64,000 nt of DNA from Candidatus Nealsonbacteria bacterium (GCA_003560665.1 PWKK01000023.1:110417-174416); one strand, 5' to 3'; counted from the first letter of the stretch, positions 26,728-37,674 are shown. Notes: generated by a model not told the origin, from the sequence alone. A program made the numbers and translations.

Positions 26728-27738
26728 TTAATTTTTGTTTTTCTTTCTCGCTTCTTCTCTCAAGTTTTCTATTTCGTCTGTTTCATCGACAACACTGCCG
26801 ATTATTTGCTCTAAAACATCTTCCAATGTTATCACTCCTTGTGTTCCACCGAAGTCGTCAACCACTAGTGCCAAATGACACCTTGTTTTTCGGAAAACGG
26901 GGATAAGTTCGTCTATTTTTTGACTCTCCTGAACGCTGATTACTTTTTTGTTGGCAAAAGAATTGATTGTTTGTTCTTTTTTCCCTTGTGAAAAAGCGAT
27001 AAGAAGATCTCTCTGATGACAAATACCGACAATATTATCTAAGTTCTCCTTGTAGACCGGGATTCTTGAGTGGGAAAGAGAATAAATCTCTTCTTCTAAA
27101 TCCTTGAGTTTTTTGCTTCCCTCAAAGGCGGTAATCACTGTTCGAGGAGTCATCACGTCTCGTGCCTGAAGGTCGTTTAAAAGGAATACCCGGTGAATCA
27201 TCTCTTTTTCGTCTTCTTCAATAACTCCTTCCAAAAAACCGATATTGCTTAAAGTTCTTATCTCCTCTTCAGAGATAGTTTTCTTCTTTTTTGGCAGTGG
27301 TCGAGTAAAAAGTTCAATTAAATGAATGAGGGGAGTAAATACTTTGGTGGTATAAAAAAGTGGTTTTGCCAAAAAAAGAATTATCGGAGTGGCAAAAGTG
27401 TCCCCGATGCTCTTCGGGATAATTTCTGCGAAAATAATTACCAGGAAAGTAAAAATTGCCGAGAAGACACCTATTTTTGTACTTCCAAAAATGTCAGCAG
27501 CGATGCTCCCTATAAAAATGCTTCCGGCGATATTAAAGATGTTCGTAAAAACGACAAGAACGGTAATTGTCGGACGAATATCCCTTTTAATTTGCAGGAG
27601 ATACTGAGCATTCTTCCTTTTCTGGTTTACCAGTATTTTCGCCCTATTCAACGGAGTGCTAAAGAGGGCTGCCTCTGTCGCAGAAAAAAAGGCGGATCCG
27701 AGAAGTACTATAAGGATTGCGATAAGAAGAAGATCCAT
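26728..27738 (-). CDS. CNNM/CorC-type membrane protein (DUF21 domain plus a CBS pair, lacking a C-terminal CorC_HlyC domain).
   Basis: N-terminal DUF21 TM region (LGSAFFSATEAALFS) and two CBS-like segments. Confidence 0.75.
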   Translation of the reverse strand: MDLLLIAILIVLLGSAFFSATEAALFSTPLNRAKILVNQKRKNAQYLLQIKRDIRPTITVLVVFTNIFNIAGSIFIGSIAADIFGSTKIGVFSAIFTFLVIIFAEIIPKSIGDTFATPIILFLAKPLFYTTKVFTPLIHLIELFTRPLPKKKKTISEEEIRTLSNIGFLEGVIEEDEKEMIHRVFLLNDLQARDVMTPRTVITAFEGSKKLKDLEEEIYSLSHSRIPVYKENLDNIVGICHQRDLLIAFSQGKKEQTINSFANKKVISVQESQKIDELIPVFRKTRCHLALVVDDFGGTQGVITLEDVLEQIIGSVVDETDEIENLREEARKKNKN

Positions 27739-27751
27739 GTTTTTGTAAAAG

Positions 27752-27825
27752 TCGGGCCGGCGGGATTTGAACCCACGATCTCACGCTCCCCGAGCGTGCG
27801 CCCTAAGCCGCTAGGCCACGGCCCG
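27752..27825 (-). tRNA. tRNA-Pro (anticodon GGG inferred). The anticodon loop reads TCGGGGA, which places an unusual C at position 33. CCA is not encoded.
   Basis: Cloverleaf: acceptor CGGGCCG/CGGCCCG, D-arm GCCT-AGCGGCTTA-GGGC, anticodon stem CACGC/GCGTG, T-arm GTGGG-TTCAAAT-CCCGC. Length 74 nt. Confidence 0.7.
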
Positions 27826-27837
27826 TTTTAGAGCAAA

Positions 27838-28062
27838 CTAGTTATCCTCTTTACCCAGTGTTTTGATACACTTAGTGCAGGCAATTACTTTTTGGCCGGC
27901 ATAGGGTTTGAAATTTTTTCTTTTGGTATCTTTCGGAACAAAAGCTTTTTGAAGATTGGGACGCTTTCTTTTTTTGGGAGTTGGATTATATTTTGACATC
28001 AACTTCTTTCTCGCACTCTCCATAACCGAAGTTTTTTCACAAATTTGACACATTCTTGGCAT
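27838..28062 (-). CDS. rpmB: 50S ribosomal protein L28.
   Basis: MPRMCQICEK...RPNLQKAF. Confidence 0.8.
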   Translation of the reverse strand: MPRMCQICEKTSVMESARKKLMSKYNPTPKKRKRPNLQKAFVPKDTKRKNFKPYAGQKVIACTKCIKTLGKEDN

Positions 28063-28165
28063 TTTTTTAAAGGGTTTTTGTAACCTATTTATTTATAACA
28101 GGCTCAATTATAATGGAAATATTTATTTTTTCAAGTTGTGTGAAATATGAGCTTGTGCAATCTGT

Positions 28166-28194
28166 TTGCTCTTCTGATAAATTTTTGTTATGAT
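28166..28194 (+). promoter_or_regulatory. Sigma70-like promoter (TTGCTC, 17-nt spacer, TATGAT).
   Basis: Hexamers read directly from the sequence. Confidence 0.4.
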
Positions 28195-28201
28195 ACTCTT
28201 C

Positions 28202-28849
28202 ATGGAAACTTGGATACTTATTTTTATAGTTCTTATCTTTTCAGCGATACTGCACGAGTATGCGCACGGTTATGCTGCTTACGCCCTAGGAGACCCTACG
28301 GCAAAAAACATGGGAAGATTAACTCTTAATCCGGTTCCCCACATCGATCCCTTTTACACCATTCTCTTGCCGATAATAATGATTATTTTACCGACCAACT
28401 TTATCATCGGAGGAGCAAAGCCGGTGCCGATAAATCCTTTTAATCTTAGAGGGAGGTATGCACAGATGAAGGTTGCTCTTTCCGGTCCCGGATCTAATAT
28501 TGCTTTGGCGCTGGTGTTCGGTCTCTTCATTCGTTTTCTTCCCGTTGTGAGGGAAAATGAATCTTTGTTTTTTGCTTTTTCCGCGGTGGTGTTTGTTAAT
28601 CTGCTTCTCGCTGTTTTTAATCTTTTGCCGATTCCTCCCCTTGACGGTTCTCACGTTCTCTTCACCTTCTTCCCCGGAATTTCCGAGAAGATAAAAGTTT
28701 TCTTTGCACAGTACGGCTTTCTTATCTTTCTTGGCATAATTTTCTTTTTTGCAAATTTCATCTTTTACTTTCTTTTTGTTGTTATCGCACTTCTCTTTTA
28801 TCCAATCACCGGAGTCTCCCTGATGGAGTTTCTCGCATTACTTTCTTAA
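28202..28849 (+). CDS. Site-2 protease-family zinc metalloprotease (peptidase M50, SpoIVFB-like).
   Basis: HEYAH (HExxH) in TM1 and LPIPPLDGSH (LDG motif). Confidence 0.8.
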   Translation: METWILIFIVLIFSAILHEYAHGYAAYALGDPTAKNMGRLTLNPVPHIDPFYTILLPIIMIILPTNFIIGGAKPVPINPFNLRGRYAQMKVALSGPGSNIALALVFGLFIRFLPVVRENESLFFAFSAVVFVNLLLAVFNLLPIPPLDGSHVLFTFFPGISEKIKVFFAQYGFLIFLGIIFFFANFIFYFLFVVIALLFYPITGVSLMEFLALLS

Positions 28850-28922
28850 ATTAGCTCACACTACCAGCTTAAGGTGCCCAAAGGGATACGAAATGACACT
28901 GCTCTTTTAAACATACTGGAAT

Positions 28923-28980
28923 TTGACATTTTGTTTTTTTTGTGTAAGATATTCATGCAGAGGTTCACAAACCTTGACGG
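28923..28980 (+). promoter_or_regulatory. str operon promoter (TTGACA, 16-nt spacer, TAAGAT) followed by a leader hairpin (CAAACC-TTGAC-GGTTTG plus T6) ending 15 nt before the rpsL ATG.
   Basis: Elements read directly from the sequence. Confidence 0.4.
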
Positions 28981-28994
28981 TTTGTTTTTTATTT

Positions 28995-29408
28995 ATGCCA
29001 ACAATAAATCAACTTATAAAAAAAGGAAGAAAGAGGCAGAAAGGGAAAGACAAATCCCCGGCTCTTTCCTATGGTTTTAATAGCGTAAAAAACAGAAAGT
29101 CTTACTACTCTTCTCCTTTCAAGAGAGGTGTTTGTATTAAGGTGACGACAACGACACCAAAGAAGCCGAACTCGGCACTTCGTAAGGTGGCAAGAGTAAG
29201 AGTTTCTAACGGTGCGGAAGTAACCGCTTACATTCCCGGAATTGGACACAAACTACAAGAACACTCAGTGGTTATTATCAGGGGAGGAAGAGTGAAAGAC
29301 CTTCCTGGTGTTCGCTATCACGTAGTTCGTGGGACACTTGATGCGACTGGTGTTGAAGAGAGAAAAAGTTCAAGAAGTAAGTACGGAACTAAAAAGGGGA
29401 AAAACTAA
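28995..29408 (+). CDS. rpsL: 30S ribosomal protein S12.
   Basis: [13 protein letters not shown]...[11 protein letters not shown]. Confidence 0.95.
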   Translation: MPTINQLIKKGRKRQKGKDKSPALSYGFNSVKNRKSYYSSPFKRGVCIKVTTTTPKKPNSALRKVARVRVSNGAEVTAYIPGIGHKLQEHSVVIIRGGRVKDLPGVRYHVVRGTLDATGVEERKSSRSKYGTKKGKN

Positions 29409-29411
29409 ATT

Positions 29412-29891
29412 ATGTTTGAAGAACAAGGAAAGAAAAGCTACAAGCTACAAACGATTCATCCTGATCCGCTCTACAACAGCGTGGTAGTTTCTAAATTTAT
29501 AAACCACGTAATGCGCAAAGGGAAAAAAGACACAGCCAAAAAGATAGTTTATGGCGCTTTCGAAAAGATAAAAGAACGAGAAAAAAGAGAGCCTTTGGAG
29601 GTGTTTCAGTCTGCAGTTGACAACGTTTCTCCGACAATGGAGGTGCGTAGCAAGAGAGTGGGGGGAGCAACCTACCAAGTACCGATGAAGGTTAACAGGA
29701 AACGTTCAATGAGTCTTTCGATGCGTTGGATTGTGGGAGCGGCAAAAACAAAGAAAGGAAAACCGATAAACGAAAAACTTGCCGATGAACTTGTCAGCGC
29801 TTCCAAAAACGAAGGCGATGCTGTGCGAAAGAAAGAAACAATGCACAAGATGGCGAAGGCGAACAAAGCCTTTGCATATTTGGCAAAATAG
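29412..29891 (+). CDS. rpsG: 30S ribosomal protein S7.
   Basis: S7 family; follows rpsL. Confidence 0.95.
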   Translation: MFEEQGKKSYKLQTIHPDPLYNSVVVSKFINHVMRKGKKDTAKKIVYGAFEKIKEREKREPLEVFQSAVDNVSPTMEVRSKRVGGATYQVPMKVNRKRSMSLSMRWIVGAAKTKKGKPINEKLADELVSASKNEGDAVRKKETMHKMAKANKAFAYLAK

Positions 29892-29932
29892 ATGAAATAG
29901 TAAATTAAAACACATTAAAGAACACAAACATT

Positions 29933-32053
29933 ATGGCCAGAGAGTATCCAATTGATAGATATCGAAATATCGGTATCATCGCCCATATTGACGCGGGAAA
30001 AACGACCGTTACGGAGCGTATTCTTTTTTATACGGGAATATCACACAAGATAGGTGAAACACACAGCGGAGAATCGATAATGGACTGGATGGACCAAGAG
30101 AAAGAAAGGGGGATAACGATTACTTCTGCAGCGACCACTTGTTTCTGGGTTCCTTCGGGATTGGAAAAAAAGAAGGAGAACGAGTACAGAATAAATATTA
30201 TTGACACTCCCGGCCACATTGATTTTACGGCGGAAGTACAAAGATCAATGAGGGTTTTAGACGCGGCGGTTGTTGTCTTTGACGGAGTTGCTGGAGTGGA
30301 GCCGCAATCGGAAACGGTGTGGAGGCAAGCAGACAAGTATCACGTTCCGAGAATCTGTTTTGTTAACAAGATAGACAGAACAGGTGCTTCCTTTGAAGAT
30401 TCTTTGGCCTCGATTCGAGAAAAACTAACTCCCGACGTTGTCCCGATGCAGCTTCCGGTTGGAGAAGAAGAAAACTTTAAGGGAGTAGTAGATTTAATTA
30501 AAAGAAAATTTATTGTTTTTGAAGGAAGCTTTGGAGAGGTTTTAAAAGAAGAAGATGTTCCCGAAGAGATGAGAGAAAAGGTAGAGCAGTGGAGAAGCGA
30601 GATGATAGAAAAAGTGGTTACCGAAGATGAAGACCTTTTCGAGCGGTACATGCAAGGGGAAGAAATAAGTGAGGATGAGATAAAGGGTGTTCTAAGAAAG
30701 GCTGTGTTGGGTTATCGCGTAGTTCCTCTTTTTTGCGGAACTGCTTTGAAAAACAAAGGGGTTCAGCCGGTGCTCGATGCTGTCTGTCAGTACTTTCCTT
30801 CACCAACAGATCTTCCGCCTGTCGAAGGAGTTGATCCGAAAACGGAACAACCGGCGCAAAGAAAACTTACTGACGAAGAGCCTTTTTCCGCACTTGCCTT
30901 CAAGCTTGCAAACGATGCGTATGTGGGAAGTCTTACTTTTTTGCGTGTGTATTCGGGGAAGCTGTCTAGCGGATCATATATTCTTAATGCCAATACCGGA
31001 GAAAAAGAAAGAATCAGCAGGGTCCTTAGAATGCACGCCGATCAGCGTGAAGAACTGCAAGAAGTTTACGCAGGGGACATTGTTGCGGCGGTAGGACTGA
31101 AAGGGACTTCTACCGGACATACTTTGTCCGATACAAATTGTCCTATTGTCCTAGAAGAGATATCTTTCCCCGAACCAGTAGTTTCTATTCGCGTGGAACC
31201 GAAAACAAGAGAAGATCAAGAGAAGATGGGGCTTGCTCTCCGCAGACTGGCAGAGGAGGACCCTACCTTCAGGGTAGAAGGTGACATCGACACAGGAGAA
31301 ACAATCATTTCGGGAATGGGAGAGCTTCACTTGGATATTATTGTTGACAGGATGAAAAGAGAATTTAAAGTTGCGGCACAGGTAGGACAACCTCAAGTTG
31401 CCTACAAAGAAACAATTAGAAGGATGGCGGACGAAGAGGGAAAGTATATCAAACAGAGCGGAGGAAGAGGGCAGTATGGTCACGTTAAGATGAAGATTGA
31501 ACCGTTAGTAGATGGGGGAGATAAAAGACTGGATTTTATTGATGAAATCAAAGGAGCGGTTATCCCGCAAGAGTATATTCCTGCCGTTGAAAAGGGGATT
31601 GAAGAGGTGATGGACGAAGGTGTTCTTGCCGGATACCCGATTGTGAATATCAAGGCCACGCTTTATGACGGATCTTTTCATGAAGTGGATTCTTCAAAGA
31701 TGGCGTTCAAGATAGCGGGATCAATCGGATTCAAGGAGGCCTACAGAAAAGCGGACCCGGTTCTTCTTGAGCCTTTCATGAAAGTAGAAGTGATTATTCC
31801 CCCCGAGTATTTAGGGGACGTAATGGGAGACATCTCTTCGAGAAGAGGAGAGGTTGATTGTACCGAAGAAACGAAAGGGAAAAGAGCACAGAAAATTATT
31901 CGTGCTAAAGTCCCGCTTTCCGAGATGTTCGGATACGTGACAACACTACGGTCGCTTACAAAAGGAAGAGGTAATTATTCGATGGAGTTTGACAGTTACA
32001 AAGAGGTTCCCTACAATATTGCGCAGGAAATTATTGAAGGAAAGAGAAGCTAG
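29933..32053 (+). CDS. fusA: Elongation factor G.
   Basis: [22 protein letters not shown] GTPase motifs. 706 aa. Confidence 0.95.
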   Translation: MAREYPIDRYRNIGIIAHIDAGKTTVTERILFYTGISHKIGETHSGESIMDWMDQEKERGITITSAATTCFWVPSGLEKKKENEYRINIIDTPGHIDFTAEVQRSMRVLDAAVVVFDGVAGVEPQSETVWRQADKYHVPRICFVNKIDRTGASFEDSLASIREKLTPDVVPMQLPVGEEENFKGVVDLIKRKFIVFEGSFGEVLKEEDVPEEMREKVEQWRSEMIEKVVTEDEDLFERYMQGEEISEDEIKGVLRKAVLGYRVVPLFCGTALKNKGVQPVLDAVCQYFPSPTDLPPVEGVDPKTEQPAQRKLTDEEPFSALAFKLANDAYVGSLTFLRVYSGKLSSGSYILNANTGEKERISRVLRMHADQREELQEVYAGDIVAAVGLKGTSTGHTLSDTNCPIVLEEISFPEPVVSIRVEPKTREDQEKMGLALRRLAEEDPTFRVEGDIDTGETIISGMGELHLDIIVDRMKREFKVAAQVGQPQVAYKETIRRMADEEGKYIKQSGGRGQYGHVKMKIEPLVDGGDKRLDFIDEIKGAVIPQEYIPAVEKGIEEVMDEGVLAGYPIVNIKATLYDGSFHEVDSSKMAFKIAGSIGFKEAYRKADPVLLEPFMKVEVIIPPEYLGDVMGDISSRRGEVDCTEETKGKRAQKIIRAKVPLSEMFGYVTTLRSLTKGRGNYSMEFDSYKEVPYNIAQEIIEGKRS

Positions 32054-32175
32054 GTTGGGGTGTGGACTTTTTTTAAAAAATATTATATTATTCTAGGGCT
32101 TAGAAATTAAAAGTAAAAAGTAAAAAACTAACAACTCCCTAACACTGCATTGCAATGCGGTGTGGAGAAAAAAAC

Positions 32176-33372
32176 ATGGCAAAAGAAAAATTTGAAAGAG
32201 GGAAACCTCACTTAAACGTAGGAACAATCGGGCACGTTGACCACGGTAAAACAACCCTTACTGCGGCAATGATTAACACTCTTCACTTGAAAGGACTTCT
32301 TGATAAAAAAACAAGTGTTGAAGAGATTGATTCTGCACCTGAAGAAAAGGCGAGAGGGCTTACAATTTCTATTTCTCACCGTGAGTATCAGACAGAAAAT
32401 CGCCACTATGCTCACATCGATTGCCCGGGACACGCGGATTACGTAAAGAACATGATTACCGGAGCGGCACAGATGGACGGAGGAATTTTGGTTGTTTCTG
32501 CAACTGACGGACCGATGCCACAGACAAGAGAGCACATTCTTCTTGCGCGTCAAGTAGGACTTCCCTCGTTGGTTGTCTTTTTAAACAAAGTTGACATGGT
32601 TGATGATCCGGAGATGATTGATCTTGTGGAGTCGGAAGTCAGAGAACTTTTGACCAGTTACGAGTTTCCCGGTGACGATACTCCGATTATCAGGGGTTCG
32701 GCATTGAAGGCGCTCGAAGCTAGTTCGGCGGACGATAAAGCACTAGAACCGATCATGGAGCTGATAGAAGCGATGGACAGTTACATCCCCGAACCGGAAA
32801 GAGATGTGGATAAGCCTTTTTTGATGGCGGTGGAAGATGTTTTCTCGATTGAGGGTCGTGGAACCGTTGCTACCGGAAGAATTGAACGTGGAGTTATCAA
32901 CGCCGGAGATGAGGTAGAGATTGTCGGACTTCGCGATACCACCAAGACAACAGTGGTAAGCATTGAAATGTTTAACAAGACTCTTGACCGAGGAGAGGCG
33001 GGAGACAATGCCGGAATTCTGCTTCGAGGAACAAAGAAAGATGACATTGAAAGAGGACAAGTACTGGCAAAGCCGGGATCGATTACTCCTCACACCGAGT
33101 TTGAAGCAGAAGTGTATATTTTAGGAAAAGACGAAGGAGGAAGGCACACACCGTTTTTTAAAGGATACAAGCCGCAGTTCTATATGAGAACAACCGATGT
33201 TACCGGAGAAGTTGAACTTCCCGAAGGAACGGAAATGGTGATGCCCGGAGATACGGCAAAACTGAAAGGAAAGTTGATTGCGCCTATTGCCCTCGAAGAA
33301 CAGCAAAGATTTGCTATTCGTGAAGGAGGAAGAACTGTTGGAGCGGGTGTTATCGGTAAAATTATTAAATAG
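32176..33372 (+). CDS. tuf: Elongation factor Tu.
   Basis: [28 protein letters not shown]. Confidence 0.95.
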   Translation: MAKEKFERGKPHLNVGTIGHVDHGKTTLTAAMINTLHLKGLLDKKTSVEEIDSAPEEKARGLTISISHREYQTENRHYAHIDCPGHADYVKNMITGAAQMDGGILVVSATDGPMPQTREHILLARQVGLPSLVVFLNKVDMVDDPEMIDLVESEVRELLTSYEFPGDDTPIIRGSALKALEASSADDKALEPIMELIEAMDSYIPEPERDVDKPFLMAVEDVFSIEGRGTVATGRIERGVINAGDEVEIVGLRDTTKTTVVSIEMFNKTLDRGEAGDNAGILLRGTKKDDIERGQVLAKPGSITPHTEFEAEVYILGKDEGGRHTPFFKGYKPQFYMRTTDVTGEVELPEGTEMVMPGDTAKLKGKLIAPIALEEQQRFAIREGGRTVGAGVIGKIIK

Positions 33373-33399
33373 AATATTGGGATTTAGAACTTTAAAGAA

Positions 33400-33726
33400 T
33401 TGATGGCAAAAGAGAAGGAAGTAAAATCAAAAATTCGCATCCGTCTTCGTGCTTATGATCACAAGGTGATTGACACCAGTGCAAGGCAGATTATTGATAC
33501 GGCTCTCCGTTACGGGAGTGAAATTTTAGGACCCACTCCTCTTCCGACAGAGATTAAGAAGTATACGGTAAACCGTGCCACTTTTGTGCACAGCAAATCC
33601 AAAGAACAGTACGAGGTTAGAGTGCATAAAAGAATAATTGATATTCTTAACCCCGGGGCAAAAGTTCTTGACGCGTTAAGAAATCTGACCTTGCCGGCCG
33701 GAGTGAATATTGAGATTAAGATGTAG
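33400..33726 (+). CDS. rpsJ: 30S ribosomal protein S10.
   Basis: IRIRLRAYDHKVID. Confidence 0.95.
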   Translation: MMAKEKEVKSKIRIRLRAYDHKVIDTSARQIIDTALRYGSEILGPTPLPTEIKKYTVNRATFVHSKSKEQYEVRVHKRIIDILNPGAKVLDALRNLTLPAGVNIEIKM

Positions 33727-33819
33727 TAGCTAAAACAACTACATCTGATCTTTACAATTTTTGTTGCCTCGAAAGCTGGGCAAAGGCCCAGTTTTCCATT
33801 GAAAAAACACCGCAAAAAC

Positions 33820-34413
33820 ATGAAATTTATTATCGGGAAAAAATTAGGAATGACACAAGTCTACGATGAAAAGGGAGATGCATTTCCCGTGACTTTGGTT
33901 GAGGCCGGACCTTGCAAGGTAACGGACATCAAGACAAAGGAAAGAGACGGATACGATGCGGTGCAGATGGGCTTTGTGGAGCTGAAAGAAACGAAGGTAA
34001 AAAAACCGCAAAAGAAAAAACCTTACCGTTATTTAAGAGAAGTAGAGGGGGCTTTTGACGTTTCCCTTGACGACAAGTTTTCCGTAGATCTTTTTTCTCC
34101 GGGAGACAAGATTAAAGTGAGAGGAACATCAAAAGGAAAAGGATTTGCCGGAGTAATGAAGAGGTGGAACTTTAGTGGAGCGGGAACCGCTTCTCATGGA
34201 ACAAAACACAACAATCGCAAAGGAGGATCGATAGGATCAATGTTTCCCCAAAGAGTGATGAAGGGGAAAAAGATGGCCGGGAGAATGGGAGCGGACAGTG
34301 TGACGACAAAAAACCTCCTTGTTGTAAGTGTTGACCCGGAAAAGAACACTATCGCTGTGAAAGGATCTCTTCCGGGAAAAAACGGAGGATTGGTAACGAT
34401 TGAAAAAATATGA
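33820..34413 (+). CDS. rplC: 50S ribosomal protein L3.
   Basis: IGKKLGMTQVYDE. Confidence 0.9.
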   Translation: MKFIIGKKLGMTQVYDEKGDAFPVTLVEAGPCKVTDIKTKERDGYDAVQMGFVELKETKVKKPQKKKPYRYLREVEGAFDVSLDDKFSVDLFSPGDKIKVRGTSKGKGFAGVMKRWNFSGAGTASHGTKHNNRKGGSIGSMFPQRVMKGKKMAGRMGADSVTTKNLLVVSVDPEKNTIAVKGSLPGKNGGLVTIEKI

Positions 34414-35045
34414 CAAAAGCTGATTTACACAATATGAAAGGGGAAAAAACGGGAGATATTAATCTTCCCGGAAGTATTTTTGATGTAAAAATTAACCCCG
34501 ATCTTATCTATCAAGTTGTGCGGATGCAGATGCTCTCGAGAAGACAGAATACTGCACATGCAAAGGACAGGTCAGAAGTAAGAGGGGGAGGAAGAAAGCC
34601 GTGGAGACAGAAAGGTACCGGAAGAGCGAGACACGGATCAAGTCGGTCTCCGATTTGGCGAGGAGGAGGAGTTACTTTCGGCCCCAGAAACGAAAGAAAC
34701 TACAAAAAGAAGATTAACAAAAAGGTAAAGAGGAGCGCCATTTTTATGGTTCTTTCCGCAAAACGAGAAAAAGATTTAGTGTTTTTTGTCTCTGATTTAG
34801 ACATTAAAGAACCGAAAACAAAACAGATAAGAGAGTTTTTGAAAAAAACATTTTGCGACAAAAGCACACTGATTGTTCTTCCGGAAATGAAAAAAAACGT
34901 TATTCTGGCAACAAGAAATATTGATAATGTTGATACAATCCAGGCAAAAGACATGAACGCCCTAGACCTTTTGTCCTATAAGTATCTTGTTATACCCAAA
35001 AAGGCGGTCGATGTGATAAAAGAAAGCTTTTCAAATGAGAAATAA
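34410..35045 (+). CDS. rplD: 50S ribosomal protein L4.
   Basis: Position and family pattern. Confidence 0.9.
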   Translation: MTKADLHNMKGEKTGDINLPGSIFDVKINPDLIYQVVRMQMLSRRQNTAHAKDRSEVRGGGRKPWRQKGTGRARHGSSRSPIWRGGGVTFGPRNERNYKKKINKKVKRSAIFMVLSAKREKDLVFFVSDLDIKEPKTKQIREFLKKTFCDKSTLIVLPEMKKNVILATRNIDNVDTIQAKDMNALDLLSYKYLVIPKKAVDVIKESFSNEK

Positions 35046-35355
35046 GATGAAGAAAGAAAATGTAACAACAGAAGACAGAGCTAGAAGGTACGCCTTAAAG
35101 AAACCGCACATCAGCGAGAAAGCGACTGATTTATCGGGAAAGGGTTTTTATACTTTTAAAGTGGAAAAAGGTTCCAATAAAAAAGAGATAAAGGAAGAGG
35201 TTGAAAAAAAATACAAAGTTGATGTAACCAGTGTCAAGGTAGTAAATGTTCCCTCCAAAAAGAGAAGAGTGGGAAGAACCGAAGGAACAAAAAGGGGGTA
35301 TAAGAAGGCGGTTGTTAAGTTGAAAAAAGGACAAGTAATTGACTTGACAAGTTAA
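35035..35355 (+). CDS. rplW: 50S ribosomal protein L23.
   Basis: Position. KVDVTSVKVVNVP motif. Confidence 0.85.
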   Translation: MRNKMKKENVTTEDRARRYALKKPHISEKATDLSGKGFYTFKVEKGSNKKEIKEEVEKKYKVDVTSVKVVNVPSKKRRVGRTEGTKRGYKKAVVKLKKGQVIDLTS

Positions 35356-35380
35356 TCTATAAAATGTAGAGTACAAAATT

Positions 35381-36163
35381 ATGTTATCCCAAAAGGCGAA
35401 AAAAAGAAGAAAGCTGATTGTTCCCTTGAAAAAGCATGCCGGAAGGTCAAATCAAGGAAAAATCACCGTAAGACACAGGGGGGGAGGAGCAAAGCGCCTT
35501 TACAGGAGGGTTAATTTTGGACAAGAACCTCTCGATGTTGAGGGAACGGTTGTCGGTATCGAGTATGACCCTAACAGAACCGCAGACATAGCCCTTGTCG
35601 AGTATAAAAACGGAGAAGTTAAATATATTCTTGCTCCGCAGAAGATGAAAGAAGGAGACAAAATTATTAATGCGGAAAAAGCGGAAGCTAGGCCCGGAAA
35701 CAGAATGCGATTAAAAAACGTCCCGGTAGGAACAGTCGTCTGTAACATCGCTCTTCATCCTGACGGGAAAGGAAAAATAGTCCGTAGTGCTGGAGCAGGT
35801 GCCTCGGTGCTTGCGCACGAAGGAAAGATGACACACTTGAAAATGCCTTCGCGAGAGGTGCGAAAAGTAGCCAGCATGTGTTTTGCAACAGTGGGGGAAG
35901 TTTCCAACTCTGAACACAGATACCGAAAGATAAAGAAAGCGGGAACGTCAAGAAAGATGGGAAGAAGACCGGTTGTTCGCGGTTCGGCAATGAATCCGGT
36001 AGATCATCCTCACGGAGGAGGAGAAGGAAAAGCTCCGATCGGAATGCCTGCACCGAAGACCCCTTGGGGAAAGATTGCGAGAGGAGTTCGTACTAGAAAA
36101 AGAAAGCAAACCGACAGGTATATTATCAAAAGAGCGACAAAAAAGAAAAGAAGTAAAAAGTAG
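35381..36163 (+). CDS. rplB: 50S ribosomal protein L2.
   Basis: SAMNPVDHPHGGGEGK. Confidence 0.95.
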   Translation: MLSQKAKKRRKLIVPLKKHAGRSNQGKITVRHRGGGAKRLYRRVNFGQEPLDVEGTVVGIEYDPNRTADIALVEYKNGEVKYILAPQKMKEGDKIINAEKAEARPGNRMRLKNVPVGTVVCNIALHPDGKGKIVRSAGAGASVLAHEGKMTHLKMPSREVRKVASMCFATVGEVSNSEHRYRKIKKAGTSRKMGRRPVVRGSAMNPVDHPHGGGEGKAPIGMPAPKTPWGKIARGVRTRKRKQTDRYIIKRATKKKRSKK

Positions 36164-36193
36164 AAAAATCAGATATTTTTCAATTTTAAAATT

Positions 36194-36481
36194 ATGTCAA
36201 GAAGTTTAAAAAAAGGTCCCTATATCGACGAAAAGCTGCTAGAAAAGGTGAAAAACCTGAAAGCCGGTGACAATAAGACGGTGATAAAGACGTGGTCGCG
36301 AAGCGCGGCGATTACACCGGAGATGATCGGAAAAACTTTCGGAGTTTATAACGGAAAAGAGCATATAAGAGTTTATGTAACCGAAGAAATGGTGGGACAC
36401 CTTCTTGGAGAGTTTTCGCCAACGAAGAAGTTTGTTCGGCACGGAGGAAAGATGCAAAGAGAGCAAGAAAAGAAAAAGTAA
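36194..36481 (+). CDS. rpsS: 30S ribosomal protein S19.
   Basis: [12 protein letters not shown]. Confidence 0.95.
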   Translation: MSRSLKKGPYIDEKLLEKVKNLKAGDNKTVIKTWSRSAAITPEMIGKTFGVYNGKEHIRVYVTEEMVGHLLGEFSPTKKFVRHGGKMQREQEKKK

Positions 36482-36492
36482 AGCATTAAATT

Positions 36493-37020
36493 ATGTCTGT
36501 TGAAGCAAAACTTAAATATTCAAGAATTGCCCCTCGAAAGGTTCGCTTAGTAGCTAACCTTGTTCGTGGTCTTCAAGTCGAAGAAGCGGAGAAGTTGCTT
36601 CAATATACAGTTAAAAGACCTGCAAATCCGATGTTGAAATTGTTGCGGTCGGCCATTGCCAATGCGGAACACAACTATAATCTCAAGAAAGAAAACCTTT
36701 ATATCTCAGAAATCAGGGTAGACGGAGGACCGATTATTAAAAGATTTCGTCCGAGAGCAAGAGGTTCCGCCTCTGCAATTCAGAAAAAAACATCACATAT
36801 TTTTATTGAACTGAAAGAAAAAGAAGAAACAGTAAAATCAGCAAAGAAAACAAAAACAGAGGCACCGACAATCAGAAAAGTCTATAAAGAGGAAAAACCG
36901 AAAGAAGAAACCACACAGCAGCCAAAAGCAAAAAGAGACCTGGAAAGAGAGAGAACAAAAGAACCGACAAAAGAAGCAAAAGGCGAGAAAAAACAAATTT
37001 TTAGGAGAAAATCTATTTAA
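36493..37020 (+). CDS. rplV: 50S ribosomal protein L22 with a K/E-rich C-terminal extension.
   Basis: L22 core plus about 60 aa of low-complexity tail. Confidence 0.9.
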   Translation: MSVEAKLKYSRIAPRKVRLVANLVRGLQVEEAEKLLQYTVKRPANPMLKLLRSAIANAEHNYNLKKENLYISEIRVDGGPIIKRFRPRARGSASAIQKKTSHIFIELKEKEETVKSAKKTKTEAPTIRKVYKEEKPKEETTQQPKAKRDLERERTKEPTKEAKGEKKQIFRRKSI

Positions 37021-37023
37021 AAA

Positions 37024-37671
37024 ATGACACACAAAATACATCCAAAAATATACCGAATCGGAGAAACAAAAGACTGGGAGTCGAAAGGATTTTACGAAAA
37101 GAACTTTGCGAAACTTCTAAGAGAAGATTACGAGATAAGGACTCTCTTGAGAGAAGTTTTGCGCGAAATGAGTGTAGAAAGAATCGAAATTGAACGTTCA
37201 ATGGATGAGGTGGGTGTCTTGATTTACAGTGCGAGACCGGGATTGATAATCGGCAGAGGCGGTGAAGGAGTAAAAATACTTAAAGAGAAGCTGGAAAAGA
37301 AGCTTAAATCAGTTTCCGGAGGAGAAGAAAAAAGAGTTCGTTTAGAAATTAAAGAAGTGAAAGATCCCTGGCTTTCGGCACCTTTGGCAGCACAAGATAT
37401 TGCCAGACAACTTGAAAAAAGACTCCCCTACAGAAAAGTAGTTAAACAGGCACTACACAAGATTGCGATGCACAAAGAGGTTGAGGGAGTGAGAATCCAG
37501 GTAGGAGGAAGACTTAATGGAATAGAGATTGCTCGTAATGAGTACTTTCAGGAAGGAAAGCTAAAGAGAGCGACAATTCGTGGAAATATCGATTACGGCT
37601 TTGAAATGGCAAGGTGTCCTTTCGGGGCGATAGGTATAAAAGTCTATATTTATAAAGGAGAGGTATTCTAG
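37024..37671 (+). CDS. rpsC: 30S ribosomal protein S3.
   Basis: KH and S3-C domains. Position. Confidence 0.95.
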   Translation: MTHKIHPKIYRIGETKDWESKGFYEKNFAKLLREDYEIRTLLREVLREMSVERIEIERSMDEVGVLIYSARPGLIIGRGGEGVKILKEKLEKKLKSVSGGEEKRVRLEIKEVKDPWLSAPLAAQDIARQLEKRLPYRKVVKQALHKIAMHKEVEGVRIQVGGRLNGIEIARNEYFQEGKLKRATIRGNIDYGFEMARCPFGAIGIKVYIYKGEVF

Positions 37672-37674
37672 ATT

